DNA of 63,268 bases from Perkinsus chesapeaki ATCC PRA-425 (taxonomy: Eukaryota; Protista; Perkinsozoa): positions 1 to 63,268 of the forward strand of contig JAAPAO010000145.1 of assembly GCA_013115145.1 (NCBI GenBank), read 5' to 3'. The position numbers and the translations under genes are program-made. This document shows positions 26,568 through 36,119 of this stretch, piece after piece. How positions within the stretch are numbered: the stretch's first letter is position 1; each line of letters opens with the position of its first letter. Below the pieces are notes generated by a model. The model did not search any database and was not told the origin of the DNA. It worked only from the letters and a program-made list of their open reading frames with translations.

Positions 26568-27872
26568 ATGAGTGATGCACTGTCTTTGATCCGCAGAGCA
26601 GTTAATGGCTTTCTCCGAAATGGTACTCTTCTGGGAATTAATGTCGTCTTTGCCTATCTCAAGGCTGCCTTCGTTGTCAAAATGGATATGCTGAGATCGT
26701 ATGTCCAAAGTAAAATACCACCATTAAGACCTACCAGTCCTACAGTCGCTGCTTTAGCTTCGCTCGGTATGGTATATGTTACTGAGGGACCTATCAAGGG
26801 TGGCAATACTGGAGAAATTAGGAGGGTATATGTCAGTCGGGGTGAGAGCCGAAGTGTTATTACGAAGACGGTATCGGACATCTTCGCGTCCCGCATCTGG
26901 TGTATCGTCCTTGGGTCCTTGAAACGCGAGGTTAACTTTTACTCGCTGGTAGCACCGACACTTCCAGTGCCGACTCCTACCTATTTATTTGGTGAATGGA
27001 ACAGTTATCGAGGCTTTGGCCTCATTGTCATGCAAGATATTGAAGACGGAGTACTGCTAACAGATGACCTAATATCGAACAGGAAACGGCATATTTTTCT
27101 CACGGAAGTTATGAAGATCGCCGCGAGGATTCATGCCAAGTATTGGGGAGCTACGCCAACTACACTGAACACATCGACCCTGGGAAACTATCCATGGCTG
27201 TCAATTTATGATTTTGTTCAAGGAAAACGAGCTGTGTACGAGTGCAACAGGGGCGCCATCTCCGCAGTGTGGGATGACATCAAAAGGGCTATCACACATA
27301 GCACCACTTCACACTTAAGCCTAGAATTCTTAAAATCGTGCCCGGAGCTGATTAAGTTCATAGACCAGTTTGTTGAGGGTTCTACTTGGGATGCTTATGA
27401 GAAGTTCAAAAAGACCTTCAGACATCCCCTGACTCTCATCCACGGTGATTATCGCTTAAGTAATCAACTATGGGTCGAGGAGGAAAGCAAGTTGTATACG
27501 GTGGACTGGGCAGAAGCATCTGTTGGGGATGGTCCCGCGGACATTGCCTATTACTTCTTTAACTATCCGCATATATCTGAGCGTCGACAGTGGGAGCATG
27601 AGATGGTACGGATATATTGGGAGGAGCTAGGGGAACAGGGAGTAGACCTTTCCTCATACCCTTTATCCATGTGTCGTGAAGCTTATGTCCGTTCAGGCAT
27701 AGATCGAGGTATTCAAATGCTGATCGCGGGGATTGGTTGTAGAGTTTATGACGAAGGAAACTTTAATGATATATTTATTCAGCACCTCGTAGAGCAAGTT
27801 GATGCCTTCGTCAGCGATCATGAGGATGAATATGAAGGCCCCCACATCTTGATGAGCGTCCGGTGGTTGTAG
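26568..27872 (+). CDS. Intronless EcKL/APH/choline-kinase-like small-molecule phosphotransferase, copy 1 (434 aa)
   Basis: Single ORF with KREVNFYSLVAP, LIVMQDI, the Brenner-type HGDYRLSN motif, TVDWAEA and GDGPADIAYYF; hydrophobic N-terminal segment. Confidence 0.88.
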   Translation: MSDALSLIRRAVNGFLRNGTLLGINVVFAYLKAAFVVKMDMLRSYVQSKIPPLRPTSPTVAALASLGMVYVTEGPIKGGNTGEIRRVYVSRGESRSVITKTVSDIFASRIWCIVLGSLKREVNFYSLVAPTLPVPTPTYLFGEWNSYRGFGLIVMQDIEDGVLLTDDLISNRKRHIFLTEVMKIAARIHAKYWGATPTTLNTSTLGNYPWLSIYDFVQGKRAVYECNRGAISAVWDDIKRAITHSTTSHLSLEFLKSCPELIKFIDQFVEGSTWDAYEKFKKTFRHPLTLIHGDYRLSNQLWVEEESKLYTVDWAEASVGDGPADIAYYFFNYPHISERRQWEHEMVRIYWEELGEQGVDLSSYPLSMCREAYVRSGIDRGIQMLIAGIGCRVYDEGNFNDIFIQHLVEQVDAFVSDHEDEYEGPHILMSVRWL

Positions 27873-28423
27873 TCGCATTACTATTGTCTAGTGTCTTCTA
27901 TTTCGAGACCACTTGCGACGCTTGAAAAAAAGTTATGTATACATTCGAAAACACTACATTAACATTACTTGATATACTTCAACATTACTAACCTTAACCT
28001 ACAGCATTTTCTTCCTTTCCATGCCTAGTTTGAGGCGCTAGCAAATGGTTCAACGGATTCCTTTACACATTTGGAATAGTGCGGGTTGTGTTTCGTAGTA
28101 CGAACGTGATATAACAGAACAACGATGCCAAAAAGGCTGCTAAAAAATTCTGATAAGGAATTACTGAGCCTTGTCACAGTTCAGTATTTGGCTTTCAAAA
28201 GTTCTATGTGTCGGGTTTGTGCGCATCACCGAGCAAAATGGGGAGCATGACATAAAACGACGCGTTTCTCGCATGTGGTTATACGACCGACTGAGCAAAA
28301 ATGGCCAATGGAATACATGCGGTGCTGGGAATGGAATCCGAATCGGTCATAAAAAATATGGAAGTAGCGTTCGCAGCTAGAGAGGCCTTATCACTCCTTT
28401 GGATGAGTGAGCAATATAAACAG

Positions 28424-28463
28424 CCGCGCGGGGGGTGAGCGAAGACCCCCGTGGCGAACTAGT
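28424..28463 (+). mobile_element. Possible Helitron-like 3' terminus (GC hairpin followed by CTAG|T)
   Basis: GGGGGT-GAGCGAAG-ACCCCC stem-loop (28431-28450, extendable with mismatches) lies 8 nt upstream of CTAG (28459-28462), followed by T. No transposase is present and the 5' end was not identified. Confidence 0.3.
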
Positions 28464-30119
28464 CGCACCGTGTGCGAACACACGTAGCAAGCATTTTACA
28501 TCTTACGCGAGTATGAAAGGACGCCGCGCATGTTGGCAGAATTGGGTGTGTTGCCTAGGGGTGGTTTCCAACGGGTGCTAGTTCAGCTTTCCCTACGATG
28601 GTTTGGAATTATCCTGGAGATTCACCAGTACAGTCCTTTCATTCGCTCCACCTGCTCGCCGCTGCTGTAATAGATACAGTAATTTCTCTGACCATGTCAG
28701 TGGCATCTTGCCACTGGCATGATGCTACCCACTATGCTGAACGACACACTTCTTATGAAGTTCCTACTGGGTTTCCGCTACAGGTGCTAAATAATCTGCC
28801 TGACTGATATGATAACGACCTAGAATGAGTAACGACTACTGTCTATGAGTCACTGGGTGTCTGGTTTTAGACCAGTGCTGTATGTCATACAGTGTATGAT
28901 GCAAGTGGGCGCAAATTGTGCCGTATAATGGGCCTTCGCCCTCCTCGGCCATTTTAATGATGAGCAGCAAATGGGGACGTAATCTCATTCACTTCTTTCT
29001 ATTAGTGAAGGCTCTCGGTGGGTGATGGTGTTCCTCTCGTAAGGGGAATCAGCTATGCACGCATCTACAATGGAGGGGGTGGCGCACAATGAATAACACC
29101 TTATGATCCGGCTCGACTCATCTCGGCTCAGCGGAGATAAACAGGGATTCATACGAACCCTACTACCGCTACAGATATCTTCTGTGGAATGTACAGTAAG
29201 CAAGCCATGCACTATGGACGGGCAATGGCCGATTACGAAGACTCCATCCTGGAGGCTTTGGTCTCTCCTCTCGAGCGGGTGGGGCCGCCATGCGAGTGGG
29301 AAGGCGCTTAACGCGCCACGCGTTACTTCCCACGGAGCCGAAATGCGGCAAGCGCTACCAAAGATTTTTGTGGTTAATAGTGTGCGACTAACCGGGAACC
29401 GGCAGCGAAGCAGGTCCATCCCGCTGAGGAGCAGGAATTATCAAAAGAAGCACCAGAGAATAAACTGCCAAGCAAATATGACCGCTGTACATATATTATC
29501 AGATGCACTCGCACTTGTTGACTCAACAACCTGAAAAAGGCCCACGGATTTGGCCACGGAAGTCGACGAGTACAAACTATATTATTATCTCTAATCTAAT
29601 ATCCAGCCGCTTCAGCTGCGACCATTTCATGTATACAAGTATCGGTGAGCTAGATTTGTGCTCGCACAAACAACAATGCGGACGACATATGCGCACGGCC
29701 GTTTTCAGTGTCTACTTGTGCTCCATGCACGCAGCGCCAAGATGGTCGATGTTCTGAAATTGGGTGAGGTACTCGCTAGTAACTGGTAGTTGGATATGCA
29801 AAGGGTAATGCAGCAGGTCACTAGCAGGGCAGACTACGCTCATAAGGTATTTACAACATCACCGCAAGACCAAGAATATTGTATGCGGGTAGCCACGTAT
29901 CAAGCACCCCGTTTCGCGCGTCACATCTTTAGGCGCCATACAGCTTTTCTCGGATCAACAGCACGTATATAAATCCGAGGCTTCTGCTGCCTCAAGCTGT
30001 GATAAGTAGGTATGATCGTCGCCATGTGACTAAAATCAATAAGGTATGCTCTTCTCAGTAGTTCTTTTCGGAGTCCCAAATTCGGACCTCAATTTGAGTC
30101 TACGACTTTCACGTATCTC

Positions 30120-31437
30120 ATGAAGAGTGAGTTGTCCCTACTATGGAGAAACCTGTGCAACATCACACAGGGTGGTATCCTGTGGAGAGTCTATGTCATC
30201 TGTGTCTATCTCAAGGCTTCTATCGCTGTCAGTTTGCATCTGCTGAGGTCGTACGGTCAGCGCAAGGGGTATTTTCCACTACCTCCCAGCCCAACGGTCG
30301 CCGCCTTGGCATCTATCGGTATGACGCATGTTACCGAGGAGGTTCTCACTGGAGGCTATTCCTGCTTGACTAAAAGGGTATATGTCGAGCGCTCTGAAGG
30401 GGATAATAAGAAAGGCAGTGGTTACGAAGAATCTCTCGAGCACGCCCGTGCATCGCTTCTGGTGTATTGTCTCTGGAAACTTCGAACGTGAGCTAAAATT
30501 TTACTTACATATTGTGCCGACACTTCCAATACCGACTTCCAGGTGTTTATTCGGTAAATGGGATGGGCTACAAGGCTCCGGCCTCATTGTAATCGAAGAT
30601 ATTAAGGGTGAAGCGCTGGTCATGGACGATACACTGACACACGTGAAGCGACGGCTTTTGATTAAGGAGGCGATGAAGAATGCCGCGAGGATTCATGCGA
30701 GGTATTGGGGAGCTACGCCAACTACACTGAGCAAATCGACCCTGGGAAACTATCCATGGCTGTCAAATTATGATTTTGTTCGAGGAAGCCAAGCTAGGTA
30801 CCACTGGAACAGATGCTTCGCCTCAACACTCTGGAATGATGCTAAAAAGGCGATCTCGAAGAAGGCCAGCTCGGACTCGTGGATAGACTACTTAAGATCG
30901 TGCCCAGAGCTGATGAAGTTCATAGACCAGTTTATTGAGGGTTCTACTTGGGATGCTTATGAGAAGTTCAAAAAGACATTTAGACATCCCCTGACTCTCA
31001 TCCACGGTGATTATCGCTTAAGTAATCAACTATGGGTCGAGGAGGAAAACAAGTTGTATACGGTAGACTGGGCAGAAGCATCTGTTGGGGATGGTCCCGC
31101 GGACATTGCCTTTTACTTCTTTAACTATCCGCATATATCTGAGCGTCGACAGTGGGAGGATGAGATGGTACGGATATATTGGGAGGAGCTAGGGGAACAG
31201 GGAGTAGACCTTTCCTCATACCCTTTATCCATGTGTCGTGAAGCTTATGTCCGTTCTGGCATAGATCGAGGTATTCAAATGGTAATCGGCTTAGTTTATT
31301 GTGGTGTTCGTAAAATGTCATCCTTGGACGATAAATTTATTGAGCATCTCGTAGAGCAAGTTGATGCGTTTGTCGGCGATCATAAGGATGAATATGAGGG
31401 CCCCCACATCTTGATGAGTGGTCGGTGGGCATCGTAA
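30120..31437 (+). CDS. EcKL/APH-like phosphotransferase, copy 2, split by a frameshift near 30378-30414 (pseudogene, sequence error or cryptic intron)
   Basis: ORF 30120-30491 aligns to the copy 1 N-terminus (PSPTVAALASIGM, KRVYV). ORF 30382-31437 carries the rest (AVVTKN...RELKFY...HGDYRLSN...DWAEA) in the +1 frame. Confidence 0.85.
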
Positions 31438-32447
31438 TGTTACAATCTTGACGCCTTTTTCCTGTACATTTCTATTGTATGGCACAAGTAATTCTATCCG
31501 GGAGTTTTGCTCTTACTCTACTTATGGAGAACTTGGCCCATTTGTTAAAGAACAAGTTGTGTCCATTTGTTGAAGAAGTTTTGAGAACTTGTATTTATTT
31601 ATACCTCACGACACAATATAAGGCAAAAGACTTTCGTTCTTCGTTCTTATTGAAATTCCTGTTCTGTGTTGAAGTGCAAACCATAAAACCTTGAGGGTTC
31701 CATGATCATACTCGCTAGGTTGCTATTGAAAGCGTAATGGCCCTTACACGGGGCTATGACTTATCGCGCGAACTTGGAAAGCACGAGTGCATCGAGTTGC
31801 AGTTCGAGCCGGAGACGATGCCTCGCTTAAAGAAATTGAAGTGCTTTGCCACCACCAATTTGAGGTAAGATGGCCAAATACACATCGGTTATCTACCTTA
31901 CACAGCATATTGTTTGGGAACACAAAAACAAGTGAGGAACCAAATCCGGCTCGATCTGCACCTCCATTAATTTGGCAGAGACAACCAAGTCTGATCAATC
32001 AAGTGCAGTATTAAGCAATATCAAATACTTAACTCCCTGCACTAGACCTCTCGAGTGCACGTACACTATCCAACACCCGAGTTGTTCTTCAAATTCACTG
32101 TCGTTACTCAAGCCTCCCGCCCTTCTTATAAAAATGATATAAATACCAACAACTGTTGTAATGTCGAGCTTTCGGTTGAGCGAGCGAAATGGAAGAAAAC
32201 CTTCGATTAATATCCATTAACCACTCGCAAAATGCAACTCAACACATCCATTGCTAACGCATTCACCACAGCTAGCCATGCAAGGAAAATCAGTGCCACC
32301 ATAACCGTTGATAGTCGAATAGCTTAACTACACAATCTATCAAGCGATTGGGTTGCGGACACCGAGATATCCGTTATAATAGGCCAATTGGCCAATACAG
32401 CAAAATAAACAACTGAAAGTATCTAACGAAGCGGCGCTCAAGGAAGA

Positions 32448-33297
32448 TTAGTCGCTTTCCTTCTTCGTTACAGCAGCGACCCTCAACAGATTGGCAATCT
32501 GAGCAGGTGTCAAACCCGAATGACCAGCATGTACAGCTTGCTCATGAGAAGTGTTTACAACAGGAGCGTTAGCCTGCCTCGAATTGCCATAGGCAGTAGG
32601 AGGCACTGTGCCGCCAGTCAACATGGCACTAGGTGGCGAACCATAAGGCGCGTAGGCGGCGTTGTCAACTGCCTGCTCAGGCGCACTGTAGGGCATCATG
32701 TGATTGCGCATGTCTCCAAGCGGGGGCATGAACTGTGCCATAGCTTCAGGAAGGAACCCTAAAGGTGATGGGTAGCCCATGAGTGGATCTAAGACAAGCA
32801 GAAATGTACTAAAATAACACATTCTATTTACCTTGAGATGACATAACAGCAGCCATATGCTCCGGTGGGAATGGTGCAGCATGAGCTTGTGGAAATTGAC
32901 GACGGTAACCAGCAGGTGGGGGAGGTCTTTGCCTCAGTTCATCTGGACTGTGTGCATAAAAACACTTAGCGCCGTATCTGGGGAAAGATATTTAAGCAAA
33001 CGAAATTGGTCACGAGACTTACTTGCAGTGGACGCCATAGCGGCAGAATCTTGTTTTCAAGAGTCTCTTAACAACATCACTCATACGCGGTTCGTCGCCA
33101 CCTTCGACTGGGCTCTTATCAACACCATCAGATTCATCTTCGGGGCTTTCTCTCTCGTGGGGCACAACTACATCTCTCACACCAGTTTTTGAGTCGTGTG
33201 CAGGAGGAAGAACAAAGGCGTCCTCGTGGGGGATCTTAGTATCATAAGGATCCGACTCACAAACGTTAAGAGGGGTGGCAGTTGTAGCAGTGTCCAT
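32448..33297 (-). CDS. CCCH zinc-finger protein with Pro/Ala-rich low-complexity C-terminus (3 exons)
   Basis: MDTATTATP...LLKTRFCRYGVHCK|YGAKCFYAHSPDELRQRPPPP...SSQ|GFLPEAM...KKESD*. The finger is assembled across a GT-AG intron. Confidence 0.8.
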
Positions 33298-33588
33298 AGC
33301 TTGCCAACAGCGATTTAACGAGAACAACGTCAACTGCGGAAACACGCTCTGCGACCATTCCTTTCGATCGTACTTACTAGTACTACAAAACATAGTGAGT
33401 CAAGCATTTAAGCAAATACAAATAATGTGGCCCCATTACGTCAAGGTATTTAGAATAGTGAAGATTCATCAATTCACAACCGTTAAGATTCATCACCAAA
33501 ACGGTTTCTGCGCACTCGAGAGGTGTATCGATCAGGATGGCGTGCGAGATTTACAACGGCGCGAAATTCATTCCAGCGAACGGCGGCA

Positions 33589-34305
33589 ATGGTGCGTTTC
33601 ATTCTTCTCGGCGCCTTCCTTCCCTGCCGCGGATTAGGTCGCGCTGATCGACGCCCCCGCCCTGTTTGCCTCGCGGTCAGTCCCAACGACGCTGCCAAAC
33701 TTAGCGGGTTTCGTCTGGCCGCTGCTGCCGAGGGCGACTCTGACTGGATTGGCCATAAGTTCCGGGCCCCTGCGGACGCAGCAAGGCCCGACATCCTCCA
33801 CCAAACTCTGATGCAAATACTAGACTCGGAGGCCAATAAGCTCGGCTATATTGACGACATAATTATACTATTAGACTGCGGCTCGCCGACTACTCAGGCC
33901 GTTCGAGTGTCGAGCGATTTTGTCGTGCCAAGAACGTACGGTAAATTCAGTCGATGCATGGCCGGTGCTCTCAAAGGGCAGTGCAAGGTGATCGGCGTGG
34001 ACGTGCTTAGTGGCTCCGATGGGTTACTAGGGAGCCATGATTACATTATTGGTCTCACTGTTGGGGGCAGATATGTAGACAGCTACGGTCTATCCGACTT
34101 CGTCAAGTACTTTATCACTGGAGAATCTGATAGAAAAATAGTATTTGCAATGGGCGTGACATCTCATACCGATCCTGTAGCCGCAGGAGAAGTATCCAAG
34201 CTTATAGCATGCACCCAATGCACAGTAGATTATATTTCTGTATCTCGTTTGGGTCTTACAGCCTCGTGGGCTGCTGGTAAGGTACTCTCTGCAATGCTTT
34301 TATAA
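33589..34305 (+). CDS. Divergent EMG1/NEP1-like SPOUT-fold rRNA methyltransferase (intronless, 238 aa)
   Basis: AARPDILHQTLMQILDSEANKLG resembles Nep1 RPDIxHQxLLxLxDSPLNKAG; VVPRTYGKFSRCM resembles RIPRTFKRFxGLM; KIVFAMG and YISVSRLGLTASWAAGKV resemble the SAM-binding knot. The start at MVRFILLGAF corresponds to the Nep1 first beta-strand. Confidence 0.8.
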   Translation: MVRFILLGAFLPCRGLGRADRRPRPVCLAVSPNDAAKLSGFRLAAAAEGDSDWIGHKFRAPADAARPDILHQTLMQILDSEANKLGYIDDIIILLDCGSPTTQAVRVSSDFVVPRTYGKFSRCMAGALKGQCKVIGVDVLSGSDGLLGSHDYIIGLTVGGRYVDSYGLSDFVKYFITGESDRKIVFAMGVTSHTDPVAAGEVSKLIACTQCTVDYISVSRLGLTASWAAGKVLSAMLL

Positions 34306-34494
34306 GATGCGACTTCGCCGTAGCATGTTGCATGTCAAAGTGTTTGGCATTTTCCAATCTTTTAGAGTTGCTGCGTTGCTGCTGGGGAGGCATCGAATCA
34401 ACCTATTGGGTATCTTACCCTATCTTCACCATAGGGGAAAGATACCCCATTATACTGTGCCAGCCGATCTATCTAGTTCAGTTTCCTACTCCCC

Positions 34495-35623
34495 ATGTTG
34501 GCCCGGACAGTCCAAACTCTTCCGAGAAGGATTGGCGATTCCGCGGTGAGGTTTTTCAAGGTACTCAGTGCCCCTAAGGATATGCAAACTGCTCGCAATC
34601 GCTTTGAACTACGCGGGGAAATCGGTAGGTCGCCTTGGATTTGCACTGAAGCGAGGCTTACTGTGTAGATCCGGCTGATCTAGGAAAATTTATTTCTCCG
34701 TTACTGGCCTCCCCAGGGGACCAAGTAGTGTTGATGGCTGTAAGTCAGGACGCTATCTCCTTTGGGAGCTTCCCTTCAGTCTCGTGCCCGACATATAGCG
34801 TCGGTGTTGGAAGCCTCACTGCGGTGTAGTAAAGTCGAAATGGTGTTTGCGGGGCCACCGGATGATATGGAAGGGGATGGTAGGGTGGAGAAGTATCTGA
34901 GGTTGATGCTGACTTGTAGAGACTAAGCGCCCTGAAACCATCTGGGCATCGCTACGTGTTCGAGAGGGCGAGAAGCCTCCGGTTGACCCGAGCAACGTCG
35001 TGAAGCTGAGGGTCTCCGCGGACACACCGTCGCCTAGTCTGGGAGAGAAGCTTATACATCAGCTGGAGGATGGCAAGGTTGCACGTCTCGAAGGTAGGGT
35101 TGGTTGCAGCTGCTCTTGGTTGAGGAGATGTGCTGGTTCAGCTATGGGCCCCATAGCACTGGCTAGGTTGGTTAATGGGGTGGCGGTGGCAGCTAGAAGA
35201 GGTAGTAATCGATGAGGGAAGCGGACGTAGTGATGTGCTAGGAAGCGAGCGAGGCACTGGCAGTCTTATTTCCAGGGCACGAGGAATGCGACAAAAGACT
35301 CAGGGTAGTGCGGAGACGGTGCGGTAGTTCTGGAGGGAACGAAACTACACGAATCAGAGATTATAAAGTACTCGACGTAGAACGATTATATACTATCGGA
35401 TACCAGATTTTGCGGGTTGAATGATCTGTCAAAAGGGAAGGCAATAGTTTTCTGGAAAATTGATCACGAAGTCTACGGCTGATGTTGCTGTTTAAGCGCG
35501 TTTCGATCAGGCGGGCAGTTCTGGGCCATAGAGCTCGAGGTTAGTCTCGTGAAACCGCAGGAGACCAGCGGTAGCTCGGCGCCGAAGGGAGACGAACTCT
35601 CTGAGGATGTCGAAGGTAATTGA
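34495..35623 (+). CDS. Tandem SpoVS-like (Alba-fold) domain protein A, putative mitochondrial presequence (7 exons, ~235 aa)
   Basis: Spliced: MLARTVQTLPRRIGDSAVRFF...MQTARNRFELRGEI|DPADLGKFISPLLASPGDQVVLMA|SRARHIASV...FAGPP...|ETIW...VKLRVSADTPSPSLGEKLIHQLEDGKVARLE|AMGPIALARLVNGVAVAARR|...LISRARG...|GQFWAIELEVSLVKP. The second domain aligns without gaps to recalled B. subtilis SpoVS LKVSAKSSPNSVAGALAGVLRERGAAEIQAIGAGALNQAVKAVAIARG. Confidence 0.8.
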
Positions 35624-36119
35624 TGTCATGTGATGTGATAGTTTCTGTATATGGTCTGTTGGGTAACAAGTGTTAAAGTGGGGAGGGCAGGCGGGACCGG
35701 TAGTGTATAGAATGTTGACTGTCAGTGGATCGACTTATTGGGGACTGGGCTAATCCGGGGAGCTCTTTTCACGACGTTGCAGCTGCAACGACAATAAGCG
35801 CTTTATAACGGACAGAGTGGATCGGTATCTCCCTTCTGATATTACTTTTTGGCGCGAAAGGTCCATAGTGGTGCGGAGTCGAAGTGCAAGTTAGCCATGG
35901 GCATTTTGCCGACTATTATTTAGAAGGATGTGCAGCTTTGTAGGCGAATCACAGAGCTTTCCATTGCTTAATATTGAGCTATAAGATTCACTTCGTTTAC
36001 AATAAGGCCGTGTCTAGACATTCTTGTATATTTGTATTTATACAGAGATACTGCTATCGTTGCCTCGCCCAGTCTGGGATCGGATCACTTTGAGGCTCAG
36101 GTCTGCGTCTGTTCGGGTC

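Noticed and set aside
28957-28963. ATGATGA box-C-like motif (another near 60648)
   Set aside because: No appropriately spaced CTGA box D or terminal stem, so not called as a snoRNA.
28598-29972. Several 60-144 aa ORFs between the kinase paralogs
   Set aside because: No recognisable domains, overlapping on both strands and no coherent splice model.
33523-33588. Upstream extension of the NEP1-like ORF
   Set aside because: It uses a non-ATG start; the domain begins at ATG 33589.
34277-34306. GTAAGG...TATAAG 30-nt intron-like segment at the NEP1-like 3' end
   Set aside because: The unspliced reading (WAAGKVLSAML) matches the Nep1 terminal helix including its Lys; splicing would truncate it.
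34307-34549. ORF starting 1 nt after the NEP1-like stop (apparent translational coupling)
   Set aside because: Homology with paralogs B and C lies in a different frame that opens at ATG 34495 (MLARTVQTLPRR...MQTARNRF), so 34307 is unlikely to be the real start.
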